DNA of 64,000 nt from Candidatus Spongiisociaceae bacterium (lineage in GTDB: Bacteria > Actinomycetota > Acidimicrobiia > Spongiisociales > Spongiisociaceae): contig OZ253564.1 in assembly GCA_965262915.1 (NCBI GenBank), positions 2,336,001-2,400,000 of the forward strand. Reading direction: 5' to 3'. Positions within the stretch are counted from its first letter, which is position 1, and each line of letters begins with the position of its first letter. Shown in pieces: positions 34,406 to 44,876 of this stretch. Under the pieces are notes generated by a model. The model was not told the origin of the DNA. It ran no database searches and worked only from the letters and a program-made list of their open reading frames with translations. The position numbers and the translations under genes are program-made.

Positions 34406-34994
34406 TCTTGAGTTGGCGCCAGGTCTTGTGGAACCGCTGGAAGACGGTGAGCCAGCTGAGAATCGCCATCACCCACAGCATCTGGCTGACCCAGCCGGTG
34501 AGGAAACCGACCGTGAACAGGATGACCCGCTCGGCCCGGCCCATGATGCCGCCCCGCCCCTCGACGCCGCCGATGTCGGCCTTGGCCCTGAGGTAGGAGA
34601 TCACCAGCGCGGCGCCCAGGCTCAGCACGCACAGAACGACCAGGCCCGGGTCTCCCTCGTAGGGATGCATCCGTGACGAGAGCCAGAACGCGCAGGCGGC
34701 GAACATTGCGGTCTCCCCCACGCGGTCGGAGACCGAGTCGATGAGGGCGCCCCTGGGAGATGCCGAGCCCGAAGCCCGGGCCACGGCCCCGTCGAGCCCG
34801 TCGAGCGCCGAGCCGACCAGGATCACCAGCGCTCCGACCTTTACCGTGCCGTTGGCCAGCAAGCCGGACCCGACCAGCGTGACCGCCAGGCCTGTCAGGG
34901 TGAGGTGGGCGGGCCGGACCCGCATCCACGCCAGGGCGTGACCAACGGGTGCCACGACTTTCTCGACGTGCGGGCGGGTCCAAAGTTCGATCAC
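34398..34994 (-). CDS. pgsA: CDP-alcohol phosphatidyltransferase (PI/PIP synthase)
   Basis: DGLDGAVAR..GALIDSVSDR; first gene of the PIM operon. Confidence 0.88.
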   Translation of the reverse strand: MIELWTRPHVEKVVAPVGHALAWMRVRPAHLTLTGLAVTLVGSGLLANGTVKVGALVILVGSALDGLDGAVARASGSASPRGALIDSVSDRVGETAMFAACAFWLSSRMHPYEGDPGLVVLCVLSLGAALVISYLRAKADIGGVEGRGGIMGRAERVILFTVGFLTGWVSQMLWVMAILSWLTVFQRFHKTWRQLKSE

Positions 34995-35085
34995 GTACTG
35001 CTCCTTCCCCTCCCGGCAAAGTACCACAGTCACCGCCCAAATCATGATCACCTACACTCGGGCGACCGAGAGGAAGCGGAGGAGG

Positions 35086-37134
35086 ATGGGACCGGAGAGA
35101 ATACGCAACGTGGGCTTGTTCGGCCACGGCGGCGCGGGCAAGACCGCCGTGGCCGAAGCACTGCTGTTCAACGCCGGCAAGACCACCCGGGTCGGTACCG
35201 TGGAGGCCGGCAACACGGTCATGGACTACGAACCCGAGGAGATCGAGCGCCAGAACTCGCTCGGACTCGGGATCGCATCCTTCGTTCACGACGGCTGCCG
35301 GGTCAACCTCATCGACAGCCCGGGTTACGCGGACTTCGTGGGGAGCGCGCTCGCGGCCCTACGGGCGGTGGACCTGGCCGTATTCGTCGTGTCCGCGGTC
35401 GACGGCGTCGAAGTGCAGACGGAGCTGCTCTGGGAGGCGGCCCTCCGGGAGGGGCTGGCCAGGGCGGTTTTCGTCAACAAGCTCGACCGCGACCGGGCGT
35501 CGTTCTCGCGCACCCTCGCACAGCTGATCGATGTCTTCGGCAAGCAGATCGCCCCGGTGCAGATCCCGATCGGCGAGGAGCATCGCCTGGCGGGAATCGT
35601 CCGGCTGGTGTCGGGCCGGGCGTTGGGATACACCGGCGACCGGACCAAGGGGTCGCCGATGGACATCCCATCCGAAGTGTCCGAACTGTTCGAAGAGACG
35701 CGTTTGGCCCTCGTCGAGTTGGTGGTGGAGACCGACGACGACCTGCTCGAGGCGTACTTCGAGGGTGAGGAACCCTCGCGCGCCAGGATGGTCGAGGTCG
35801 TCCACGACGGCATGATCTCCGGGGACATGGTTCCGGTCCTGGCGGGGTCGGCCAGCGCCCTGGTCGGGATCGACACCCTGGCCGAATTCATGGTCGATTT
35901 CGCGCCCTCGCCCCTGGAGCGTCCTATGCCGCCGCTGGTGGCCGGGACGCTGAACCCCACTCCCCACGGTCCCGTCGCCGCCTACACCTTCAAGACCGCG
36001 GGTGACCAGTACGTGGGGCGTATCAACACCTTCCGGGTTTTCTCGGGATCATTCATCGCCGACGCGGCGCTGGAGACATCGGCCGGGGACAGGATCAAGG
36101 TGGCCAACTTCTTCGCCATGGAGGGCAAGGACCATACCAACCTCGGATCGGTCGCCGCGGGATCCATCGCCTCGGTGGCGAAACTGGACGCCCTCCGGGT
36201 GGGCGACACCTTGCGGTCGGCGGGAAGCCAGGTGGAGATCGCTCCGGTGGAGGTCCCCCGCCCGGTCTACGAGGTGACGGTCTCGCCCCGTTCCACCCAG
36301 GACGAGGACAAGCTCTCCACCGCGCTGGCCCGGGCCCAGGAGGAGGACCCGACGATCCTGGTGGAACGCCGGGCGGAGACCAAAGAGACCGTCCTTTCGG
36401 GTCTCGGCGAGGCGCACGTGGCGGTTACGCTCGCCCGGGTGGCGCGCCGGTTCGGGGTGGAGGTGGATACCGGGATGCCGCGCATCCCGTACCGCGAGAC
36501 GATCCTGGGCCGGGCCGACGTCGAAGGAAAACACAAGAAGCAATCCGGCGGGCGGGGACAGTTCGGCGTGGCCTACGTCAAGTTCGAGCCCAACGAACGA
36601 GGCGAAGGGTACGAGTTCGTCAACAAGATCAAGGGGGGTTCCATACCCCGCAACCTCATCCCGGCGGTGGACAAGGGCATCCGGCAGGCTCTCGAGCGGG
36701 GGATCCTGGCCGGCTACCAGGTCATCGATGTAAGGGCGACCGTCCACGACGGCAAGTACCACTCGGTGGACTCCGACGAGTTGAGTTTCCGCATGGCGGG
36801 GATCATGGCGGTGCGGGCCGCGGCGCCCCGGCTGCGCGCCACTATCCTTGAGCCCCTGGCGGTGGTCACTGTCCGCGTACCCGACGACTTCATGGGGGAC
36901 GTGATCGGGGATATAAACGCCAAGCGGGGACGGGTCCTGGGGATGGACGCGGACGGTCGGAGCCGGGTACTCACCGCCGAGGTTCCGATGGCCGAGATGC
37001 AGCGGTACTCTGTCGATCTCCGGTCCATGACCGGGGGACGCGGATGGTTCGAGATCGAGTTCTCGCACTACGACCCGGCGCCTCCCCAGGAGGTGCAGAA
37101 GGTCGTGGCGGCGGCCAGGACCGAAGCCGATTAG
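35086..37134 (+). CDS. Elongation factor G-like protein (EF-G2 type)
   Basis: GHGGAGKT, DSPGY (Tyr at the position of the canonical His), NKLD, HKKQSGGRGQFG, HSVDS, LRSMTGGRG. Confidence 0.93.
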   Translation: MGPERIRNVGLFGHGGAGKTAVAEALLFNAGKTTRVGTVEAGNTVMDYEPEEIERQNSLGLGIASFVHDGCRVNLIDSPGYADFVGSALAALRAVDLAVFVVSAVDGVEVQTELLWEAALREGLARAVFVNKLDRDRASFSRTLAQLIDVFGKQIAPVQIPIGEEHRLAGIVRLVSGRALGYTGDRTKGSPMDIPSEVSELFEETRLALVELVVETDDDLLEAYFEGEEPSRARMVEVVHDGMISGDMVPVLAGSASALVGIDTLAEFMVDFAPSPLERPMPPLVAGTLNPTPHGPVAAYTFKTAGDQYVGRINTFRVFSGSFIADAALETSAGDRIKVANFFAMEGKDHTNLGSVAAGSIASVAKLDALRVGDTLRSAGSQVEIAPVEVPRPVYEVTVSPRSTQDEDKLSTALARAQEEDPTILVERRAETKETVLSGLGEAHVAVTLARVARRFGVEVDTGMPRIPYRETILGRADVEGKHKKQSGGRGQFGVAYVKFEPNERGEGYEFVNKIKGGSIPRNLIPAVDKGIRQALERGILAGYQVIDVRATVHDGKYHSVDSDELSFRMAGIMAVRAAAPRLRATILEPLAVVTVRVPDDFMGDVIGDINAKRGRVLGMDADGRSRVLTAEVPMAEMQRYSVDLRSMTGGRGWFEIEFSHYDPAPPQEVQKVVAAARTEAD

Positions 37135-37158
37135 CCGAACAGGAGGCTGCCCGACCTG

Positions 37159-38439
37159 ATGGACAGAGCGACGATCCGGGCCAACGATGAGGATCTCGTA
37201 GCCCTCCCGATCAACACGGGAACGGAAGGCGAGCGGGTCCTCGACATAACACGACTGCGCGGGACAACCGGTATGGTCACGTTCGATCCGGGATACGGGA
37301 ACACCGCCGAGGCGGCCAGCGCCGTGACCTTCATCAACGGGGAGGAAGGCATCCTACGGTACCGGGGTTACCCGGTGGACCAGCTGGTCGAGGAGTCATC
37401 GTTCCTCGAAGTCGCCTATCTCCTCGACCGGGGCGAGCTACCTTCCCGGGCGGGGCTGGATGCCTACGAGGAGGAGATCAGGCGTCACGCGACGTTGCCG
37501 AAGGGTCTTACCTCCGCCCTCGAGTCCTTTCCGGCGGGTACGCACCCGATGCAACGGCTGGCGGTGTCGACGGCCTTGCTGGGCGCGTACTATCCGGGTA
37601 CCGGTAGCCCGCTGAACGCGGAGGCCAACCGGTTGGGCGCGATCCGGCTCATCGCCAAGATGCCGACCCTGGCCTCTTGGTCGTACCGGTCCGGCTCGGA
37701 CCGGACCTACGTCCGGCCCCGCTCCGATCTCGGGTATACGGCCAACTACCTCAACATGATGTTCAATCCCGAGGGCGGGGACCACGAGTTCAGCCCCATC
37801 CATGTCCGGGCTGTGGAGACCTTGCTGGTGCTTCATGCCGACCACGGCCAGAACCTCTCGACATCGGCCGTACGTCTGGTCGGATCGAGCCAGACCGACC
37901 TGTTCTCGGCCATCTCGGCGGGGATCCTGGCCCTCTCCGGGCCGCTCCACGGCGGCGCCAACCAGCGGGTGGTGGAGATGCTGGAGGGCATCCTCGCCGA
38001 CGGGGGCGACACTCGCCGCTGGCTGGACCGGGCCAAGGACCGGAGCGATCCGTTCCGGCTGATGGGCTTCGGCCATCGCGTGTACCGGAACTACGACCCC
38101 AGGGCGGAGTTGATCAAGCGCCATGCCACGGAGTTGCTCGACGAGGCGGACAGTCCCCTGCTGGAGGTGGCGTTGCAGCTCGAGCAGGAGGCGCTGGCCG
38201 ACGACTACTTCATGGAGCGCCGCATCTACCCCAACGTCGACTACTACTCGGGAATCATCTACCGGGCGATCGGATTCCCCAGCGAGATGTTCACCGTCCT
38301 GTTCGTGCTCGGACGGCTGCCGGGATGGCTCGCCCAATGGCGGGAGATGATCGTCGACCCCCATGTCAGGATCAAGCGGCCCCGGCAGCTCTACACCGGG
38401 TACACCCGGCGGGACTACGTACCGATCTCCGAGCGTTGA
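37159..38439 (+). CDS. gltA: Citrate synthase
   Basis: DPGYGNT, GILRYRGYP, GPLHGGAN, MGFGHRVY, YPNVDYYSG. Confidence 0.95.
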   Translation: MDRATIRANDEDLVALPINTGTEGERVLDITRLRGTTGMVTFDPGYGNTAEAASAVTFINGEEGILRYRGYPVDQLVEESSFLEVAYLLDRGELPSRAGLDAYEEEIRRHATLPKGLTSALESFPAGTHPMQRLAVSTALLGAYYPGTGSPLNAEANRLGAIRLIAKMPTLASWSYRSGSDRTYVRPRSDLGYTANYLNMMFNPEGGDHEFSPIHVRAVETLLVLHADHGQNLSTSAVRLVGSSQTDLFSAISAGILALSGPLHGGANQRVVEMLEGILADGGDTRRWLDRAKDRSDPFRLMGFGHRVYRNYDPRAELIKRHATELLDEADSPLLEVALQLEQEALADDYFMERRIYPNVDYYSGIIYRAIGFPSEMFTVLFVLGRLPGWLAQWREMIVDPHVRIKRPRQLYTGYTRRDYVPISER

Positions 38440-38927
38440 TGGACGGGATCCGCATCCCGGAGGAGGTTGCCCGGGCAGAAGGCGTGCCCGACGATCTCGA
38501 CTCGGGAGTGCTGGGACCGTACCGGTTCCCCTCGCCGGCGCGTCGCCGGACGGCAGGTCTCGTGTATGTGGTGGGGGCCGTCCTCGCCGTGTTGGGGGCA
38601 CTGGCCGGTCTGGCAACCGGGTTGTGGGTGATCGCGGCGGGGTTCCTGGTGCTGGCCTTCCTGCACGACCGCGCCGCCTGGCCGTTGGTGATCCGCCAGG
38701 AGGAGGCGCTCGGCACGGCGGCGGCCCTGGTGCCCTTCGCCGTGGGGCATGCGTCGGCCGCGCTCGGATTCGTGGGCCTGCAGTCCCGGCCGGTCTGGGC
38801 CGTCATTCTCTACTCGGCCGAGGAACCGCCGGATCGCCGGGCGCTGGTCCGGTTGGACGCCGTGACCGGGGTCCAGTTGGACGACCCCTATGTCGAGGCC
38901 CTCGAACCGCCGACCACTGACCACTGA
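38439..38927 (+). CDS. Hypothetical membrane protein coupled to gltA
   Basis: TGATG overlap; PDDLD..GPY.FP..RRR, 2 TM, RPVW..ILYSAEEPP. Confidence 0.75.
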   Translation: MDGIRIPEEVARAEGVPDDLDSGVLGPYRFPSPARRRTAGLVYVVGAVLAVLGALAGLATGLWVIAAGFLVLAFLHDRAAWPLVIRQEEALGTAAALVPFAVGHASAALGFVGLQSRPVWAVILYSAEEPPDRRALVRLDAVTGVQLDDPYVEALEPPTTDH

Positions 38928-38984
38928 CCAGCACCCACTGATCACCGGCACCTGGCACCTGGCACCTGGCACCTGGCACCTGGG
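38908..38984. repeat. Heptamer tandem repeats between convergent genes
   Basis: CACTGAC x2 and variants, then ACCTGGC about x5. Confidence 0.85.
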
Positions 38985-40919
38985 CTAGTGAGGCGGCCGG
39001 GCGGCGGTAGCCAGTTCCTCCGCAGCTTCATGCAACGGTACCCCGCGCCGGTCCTGTTTGGTTCCTCTCAGCCGGAGACCCACGGTTCCATGGGCGATGT
39101 CGTGGTCGCCCACCACCACCACGGCCGGTACCTTCCGTGTGATGGCCTGGCGGATCTTCTCCCCCAGCCTGCCAGGCCCGCTTCCCTGCTCGATCCGCAG
39201 ACCCCGATCCTTGAACGATCCGGCGACCGTTGCCGCGTAAGGCTCGTGACGGTCGGCCACCGGGATGACCACCACCTGCACCGGGGCCAGCCACATCGGC
39301 ATCGCGCCGGCGTAGTGTTCGATCAGCACCCCGACGAACCGCTCGACCGATCCGAACTTGGCGGAGTGGATCATCACCGGACGCTCCCGCGTGTCGGCCG
39401 GGGTCACGTATTCGAGATCGAAGCGTTCGGGAAGCGAGAAGTCCATCTGGATGGTGGACATCTGCCAGCGTCGGCCGATGGCGTCGCGGACATGGACGTC
39501 GATCTTCGGTCCGTAGAAGGCGCCCTCTCCCTCGGCCACGCGGTGGGGTACCCCGACCGTCGTCAAAGCGTCCGCCAAGGCTCGCTCGGCCAGTTCCCAG
39601 AGTCCCGGTTCGCCCACCCACTTGTCCTCGGGCCGGGTGGCCAACTCCGCCTCGAACTCCTCGAAGCCGAAGTCGCGCAGCAGCTGCAGCACGAAGTCGA
39701 GGTGGAGCAGGAGTTCGGACGGAACCTGGTCCCTCGTACAGAAGGTGTGCGAGTCGTCCTGGGTGAACCCCCTGGCCCGCAGAAGGCCGTGGACGACGCC
39801 CGACCTCTCGTACCGGTAGACCGCTCCCAACTCGGACAGGCGCATCGGCAGGTCCCTGTACGAGCGGGCCGCGGCGCGGTAGATCAGGACATGGAAGGGG
39901 CAGTTCATCGGTTTGACCCGGTACTCGTCCCGCTGGTCCATCTCGAGGCCCGGGTACATGCTCTCTGCGTAGAACTCGAGGTGGCCCGACGTTATCCACA
40001 GATCGGCCCTGGCGAGGTGTGGCGAGTTGACGAAGTCGAACCCGAAGGCCTCGTGGATCCTCCGGCTGTAGTCCTCGACCTGGCGCCGCAGCATCCCGCC
40101 CTTGGGGTGCCACACGGCCAGCCCGGGTCCGAGTTCGTCGGGGAAGGAGAAGAGGTCCAGTTCCCGTCCCAGCTTGCGATGATCCCGCCGGGCCGCCTCC
40201 TCGATCCGCTGCAGGTAGGTTCTCAGGGCCTTGCCGGTCTCCCAGGCCGTGCCGTATATGCGCTGCAACTGTGGCCGGTACTCGTCGCCCCGCCAGTAGG
40301 CGCCCGCCGTCCTCATCAGCTTGAAGGCCGCGACACGCCCGGTCGACGGCAGGTGAGGTCCCCGGCACAGGTCCACGAAGGCGCCATTGCGGTATACGGA
40401 GACCGCGTCGGCCGATTCAACCTCCGAGGGGTCCACCGACAGGATTATCTCGGTCTTGTAGGGGTGGTCGCGGAACAGCTCCAGCCCGGCTGTACGGGAC
40501 ATCTCCTCCCGGATGAACGGCTGGTCGGTCGCCACTATCCGCTCCATCTCGGCTTCGATCCGGCGAAGGTCGTCTGGCGTGAAGGCACGACCGATGTCGA
40601 AGTCGTAGTAGAAGCCGTCGGTGATGGCCGGGCCGATCGCGAAGGTGGATCCCTCGAAGAGGTTGAGCACCGCCTGGGCGAGCACATGGGCGGCCGAATG
40701 GCGCAGCACGCTCCGACCCTCCTCCGAGGATTCGGTGATCACCGCGAACCGGCCGCCCGTCTCCAGAGGGCGGTCGAGATCCATCAGGATCCCGTCGAGT
40801 GACACCGCGACCGCCGCCGAGGCGAGGCTCCGGCCGATCGAGTGGGCTACCCCGCGTCCGGTGGTCCCCCGATCATGGAGGGCGACGGTGTTGTCGGGAA
40901 GGATGAGTTCGATAGTCAC
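38985..40919 (-). CDS. thrS: Threonine--tRNA ligase
   Basis: RHSAAH, DLCRGPH, RDHRKLG, KPMNCP, RGFTQDD, GAFYGPKID. Confidence 0.97.
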   Translation of the reverse strand: MTIELILPDNTVALHDRGTTGRGVAHSIGRSLASAAVAVSLDGILMDLDRPLETGGRFAVITESSEEGRSVLRHSAAHVLAQAVLNLFEGSTFAIGPAITDGFYYDFDIGRAFTPDDLRRIEAEMERIVATDQPFIREEMSRTAGLELFRDHPYKTEIILSVDPSEVESADAVSVYRNGAFVDLCRGPHLPSTGRVAAFKLMRTAGAYWRGDEYRPQLQRIYGTAWETGKALRTYLQRIEEAARRDHRKLGRELDLFSFPDELGPGLAVWHPKGGMLRRQVEDYSRRIHEAFGFDFVNSPHLARADLWITSGHLEFYAESMYPGLEMDQRDEYRVKPMNCPFHVLIYRAAARSYRDLPMRLSELGAVYRYERSGVVHGLLRARGFTQDDSHTFCTRDQVPSELLLHLDFVLQLLRDFGFEEFEAELATRPEDKWVGEPGLWELAERALADALTTVGVPHRVAEGEGAFYGPKIDVHVRDAIGRRWQMSTIQMDFSLPERFDLEYVTPADTRERPVMIHSAKFGSVERFVGVLIEHYAGAMPMWLAPVQVVVIPVADRHEPYAATVAGSFKDRGLRIEQGSGPGRLGEKIRQAITRKVPAVVVVGDHDIAHGTVGLRLRGTKQDRRGVPLHEAAEELATAARPPH

Positions 40920-40989
40920 GATCAGGTTGCTCGAGGATGGCGTATCAGAGATTCATCGTAATCGCCGGCCGCCGGGGTCCGGCCGCCGG

Positions 40990-41874
40990 TCACGGGTCCC
41001 GGACCCACCGGTAGGCCCGGTCCACGTGCTCGGTCGCGAAGCCCAGGGTCCGGTAGAGACGTACAGCCGCCTCGTTGGAGGAGTCGACGTACAGGATCGC
41101 CCGAGTGGCATGGCGCTGCTCGGCCAGGTAGCGGAATCCGTCGAGGGCCAGGGCGCGTCCCAGTCCCCTCCTCCGGTAACGCGGGTCGACCCCGATGGAG
41201 TAGATCTCGCCCACCGCACCCCCGTCCGGCGCAGGATCCTCGTGCACCTTGGTCCAGTTGAAAGCAGCCATGCGGCCCTCGATCCAGGCCGTGCGTACCC
41301 CACGCGGATCGAACCAGGACAGGGCCAGGCGCCGGTCCAGGTCCTGCCTGCTCCAATCCCCCTGCTCCGGATGGCCGGCGAAGGCCCGGTTGTTCAACTC
41401 GAGCAGGGCCGCGCCGTCCCGGTCCACGTCGAGGCCCCTGAACTCCACGCCCTGCAGGGTGACCGGATCGTCCGCCACCGGAAGATCGGTGGCCATGCGG
41501 TGCAGATCACGCTCCTTCGTGAGGAGACCGCCAGGAGGTTCCACGGCGCCGGTGTGGATCCAGAGGACGGCCTGTTCGACCCCGGCGGCTGCCAGCCGGT
41601 CCAGGACCTCACCGAGGAACCATCCGTAGGCGCCCGAGCCCTCGGCTATCTCCAACGTCCATGCCCGACCGTCGGGGTTGGGCGCCGCGAAGCCGTATGA
41701 GACCAGTTCCCCGTCCCTCTCGGCCGCGACGCCGATGGCTTCGCGGCCGGGTCGGCTCATAGCCGTCAGCAGAGCCTCACCGAACGGAGGAGCCGCTTGC
41801 AACTGCTCCACTCCGGCGATGAGTTGCCACAGGCGATCTCCCAATTCCTCCGGCGGGGCGCTCCGAACTTGCAT
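40990..41874 (-). CDS. mshD: Mycothiol synthase (tandem GNAT)
   Basis: NNRAFAGHPEQG.W, WFDP.G, FNWTKVH, GEIY.IGVDP..GLG, LYVD..N..A..LY. Confidence 0.88.
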   Translation of the reverse strand: MQVRSAPPEELGDRLWQLIAGVEQLQAAPPFGEALLTAMSRPGREAIGVAAERDGELVSYGFAAPNPDGRAWTLEIAEGSGAYGWFLGEVLDRLAAAGVEQAVLWIHTGAVEPPGGLLTKERDLHRMATDLPVADDPVTLQGVEFRGLDVDRDGAALLELNNRAFAGHPEQGDWSRQDLDRRLALSWFDPRGVRTAWIEGRMAAFNWTKVHEDPAPDGGAVGEIYSIGVDPRYRRRGLGRALALDGFRYLAEQRHATRAILYVDSSNEAAVRLYRTLGFATEHVDRAYRWVRDP

Positions 41875-42055
41875 AGACGAGGAGGGTAGGCGACCGAGTG
41901 ACCAGGTGGGGAAGTCAGGGCCTGGCGGGACGGTCCGGCCCCATCCGAACCGCTAACCCACCGATGCGGGTCGGACCCGGGCATTTGCTCCGTACCCCGG
42001 GGTATCCGGGAGGGATTGTCAAGGGGAGGGGGTTCGAGGTCACTATTCTCGTTCC

Positions 42056-43066
42056 TTGACAGGAAACCTACAGGAGTGTGCCTTGGCCGATTCGGACGAC
42101 AGGAGTTCTCCGGACGAGCGTTCTGGTCCGGACGATCCCCGCCGCGTGTTCGTGCGCCCGGCGGAGCCCACTCCGGTGACCGAGGCAATGGTCACCCCCC
42201 GCACCACTCCCTCGGATCCTGAAGAGGCCGAAGAGATCGAGGTTCGGTTCTGCCAGTCATGCGGCCGGCGGAACACCTCCGGCGGTTCCTACTGCCTGGC
42301 CTGCGGGGTCAGGTTCCTCCGCCCTGACGCGCCACCGGCGGAGCTCTCCGAGGCGAGGGACGAGCAGGTCACTCCCCAGCCGACCGGTGATCGACCCGTG
42401 GTGGGAGTGACCGAGTCGCCCACGCCCTATTGGGACGAGGAGGACGACCTTGCAGGCCCGCCGGCAGGGTCGTCCCCGACCCTGAGGCGGGTTCGTTTCC
42501 TGCTCGTCATGATCGTGGTCGTGGCCATCCTCTTCCTGGGGTTCAACGCGTTCCAGAACAGGGACACCGAGCCGGTGGAGGAACCGGAGCAGAACGAGGC
42601 TGTGGCCCCGACCGTGGCCGAGGAGCAGCCCACGACCACCCTCCCCGCACCCGACGATACGGAGTTGCGGCTCTACGTGGTCCAGATCTCGGCAGTGGCC
42701 GACGATGTGGCGGAGTTGACGGTCACGGGCCGCGAGGTCAACGATGCGTGGGACAACCGCACCCAGGACTACGACACGACTCGCGAGCAGATGAGCGCCC
42801 TGGCGTCGCGGGCCGCCGCCCTGCCCGATCGACTGAGCGCTATCACGCCCCCCGATAGGGCCGATCCCATCGGGCACCAACGGCTGGTCAGGTCGCTTTC
42901 GACCCTGGCTTCAGCCGCCGAGGGGATGAAGGCCGGGCTCGATTCTCCGGATACGGGGGAGACCCGGCATTCCGAGTTGGCCCGCTTCGAGGATGCCTCC
43001 AGCGAGTTCGGGGGGTTGGTAGCGGAGTTGGAAAGTTCCACTGGGAGCCCGCCCGGGTCTGGATGA
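42056..43066 (+). CDS. Zinc-ribbon membrane protein
   Basis: CQSCG..CLACG, single TM, helical extracellular domain; start uncertain. Confidence 0.75.
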   Translation: MTGNLQECALADSDDRSSPDERSGPDDPRRVFVRPAEPTPVTEAMVTPRTTPSDPEEAEEIEVRFCQSCGRRNTSGGSYCLACGVRFLRPDAPPAELSEARDEQVTPQPTGDRPVVGVTESPTPYWDEEDDLAGPPAGSSPTLRRVRFLLVMIVVVAILFLGFNAFQNRDTEPVEEPEQNEAVAPTVAEEQPTTTLPAPDDTELRLYVVQISAVADDVAELTVTGREVNDAWDNRTQDYDTTREQMSALASRAAALPDRLSAITPPDRADPIGHQRLVRSLSTLASAAEGMKAGLDSPDTGETRHSELARFEDASSEFGGLVAELESSTGSPPGSG

Positions 43067-43961
43067 CAACCGCCGCCAGGATGATGGCACCGCCGATGAT
43101 CGTCGTGCCGGCCACCGTTTCCCCGAATGCCCACCAGACCCAGATGGGAGCGAACACCACCTCGGTCATGGAGATCAGGATCAACTCGGCCGACCGCAAA
43201 TACCGAGAACCGGCCGTGTAGAGCGCCAACCCGCCGGCCAGCGCCACACCCCCCAGATAGAAAACCACCACGAGGTCCAACCGGCTGATCCCCCCACCGT
43301 CGATGAGCCAACCGGTCGTCACCAGGATCAGGGCCCCGGCGACCACGACCGACGGGAGCATGTCCACCTGCTTGCCGCGGCGCTGGAACACGGTGAAGGC
43401 CGCGAAGCCGAGCGCCGCACCGAAGGCGAGCACGGTGCCCCTCAGGCTTCCGGTGTCCCCACCCGTGGAGGTCATCACGGCGACGCCGCCGGCGGCCATG
43501 CCCATCGTCAGCCAGGTGGTCCTGATGACGGGTTCCCTCATCAGCAGCCACGCGAGCAAACCCGCCAGTACCGGGGCCGCGCCGAGGATGAGGGTTACCT
43601 CGGCCACCGTGCCGAGGGTGAGGGCGTAGACCATGCAGCACGATGAGAAAGCCAGGGAGGCCGCACCCATGAGACCGTTCGAGCCGATCCTGACGAAAGC
43701 CTGCACGAAGCCGCGAGGATTGCGGGCGGCCACCATCGCACCCACCACGAGGATCTGCGCGATGGAGCGGTAGAAGAGGATCCGCCAGGGTCCGGCGGAG
43801 TCCATGAGCCGGACGCCGAGACCGAGCGTGCTCCATAGGAGGCCGGCCGCCGCGACCAGCGCGATCCCCCGTGACCGAGAGCCGAGGGCCCCACCCGTCG
43901 AAGCCAAGATACCCGGACCTGACCGGGTCAACCGCCGGGCCCGACCCGGCTCCGGATCCAT
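42888..43961 (-). CDS. DMT/EamA family transporter
   Basis: About 10 TM in two EamA halves; hydrophilic tail overlaps the convergent gene; start uncertain. Confidence 0.85.
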   Translation of the reverse strand: MDPEPGRARRLTRSGPGILASTGGALGSRSRGIALVAAAGLLWSTLGLGVRLMDSAGPWRILFYRSIAQILVVGAMVAARNPRGFVQAFVRIGSNGLMGAASLAFSSCCMVYALTLGTVAEVTLILGAAPVLAGLLAWLLMREPVIRTTWLTMGMAAGGVAVMTSTGGDTGSLRGTVLAFGAALGFAAFTVFQRRGKQVDMLPSVVVAGALILVTTGWLIDGGGISRLDLVVVFYLGGVALAGGLALYTAGSRYLRSAELILISMTEVVFAPIWVWWAFGETVAGTTIIGGAIILAAVVIQTRAGSQWNFPTPLPTPRTRWRHPRSGPTRNAGSPPYPENRARPSSPRRLKPGSKAT

Positions 43962-44764
43962 GCCGTGATGTCGTTGACCAGCGGGAGCCCCTGGGGCTCG
44001 TTTATGGATCCGTGCCTGATACCGGGGTACACCCTCCGCTCCACGGACGGGCGTTCGCCCAGCGGCGCGCTCACGTCCGGAGGCACGAGGGTGTCATCCG
44101 CACCGTGGAGTACCAGGGTAGGGGCGGTGTACAGATCGAGAGAGCGGCTCACCCGGTCCATACGATCCAGCAGGATCGCCCCCAGACGCACGGTCGTCCG
44201 GGTGACGGCCAGCGGATCGGCCAGGTAGTTCCGGACCGTCTTCGGATCGGAGAAGATCTCCTCGGGGTAGATCGGGTTGGCCAGCGTCAGGCGGGGTACC
44301 AGCCTTGCCAGCACGGGCGCTCCTTCCCGCTGCCAGGTCGGCACGACCGCCCCGATCGCCGGCGCGTTGAGCACCACCAGGTCCGGTTGGCGATGTCGGG
44401 AGAGGGTGTAGTCGACCGTGATCAGTCCCCCGACCGAGTGGCCCAACAACACCACGGGGAGCTTGGTGGCGAAGAGCGAGACCAGGTTGTCCAGCACTTG
44501 TATCAGGTAGGTGGACCAGCGATCGATGTCGGCCCTTCCTCCCCCCGACGCCCCGAACCCCTGGAGGTCGAAGGCGTGGGTATCGATCCCGGCCGCGGCC
44601 AGCCGGGCGCCGCTGTGTTCGTAACGGCCCGAGTGCTCGGCCAGGCCGTGAACGATGAGGGCGGTCGCCCAGGGGTCGGAGGCCGGCCATCGCCGGCGCA
44701 GTTCCGTGACGCCCGTCCGGGTGGTGACGATCTCCATCATGCTCTTGTTGGTCGCCATCGACAA
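43928..44764 (-). CDS. Alpha/beta hydrolase (lysophospholipase/monoacylglycerol lipase-like)
   Basis: VHGLAEHSGRY, DLQGFG, GHSVGG, HGADD. Confidence 0.9.
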   Translation of the reverse strand: MSMATNKSMMEIVTTRTGVTELRRRWPASDPWATALIVHGLAEHSGRYEHSGARLAAAGIDTHAFDLQGFGASGGGRADIDRWSTYLIQVLDNLVSLFATKLPVVLLGHSVGGLITVDYTLSRHRQPDLVVLNAPAIGAVVPTWQREGAPVLARLVPRLTLANPIYPEEIFSDPKTVRNYLADPLAVTRTTVRLGAILLDRMDRVSRSLDLYTAPTLVLHGADDTLVPPDVSAPLGERPSVERRVYPGIRHGSINEPQGLPLVNDITAWIRSRVGPGG

Positions 44765-44876
44765 CGCTCCCGATCGGCTCCGCTTGGAAGATGTGACGGT
44801 ACTGCGGCCGATTCTACGACACCACGAGCCAGGATCGATCCCGGTGCGTCACCGGCGTCGGATGACGGGAACCCTC

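Noticed and set aside
38988-40802. Long antisense and alternative-frame ORFs (e.g. 38988-40802+, 47815-49185+, 51644-52993+, 62415-63617+)
   Set aside because: These are shadow ORFs of real genes, expected from high-GC codon bias, with no recognisable motifs.
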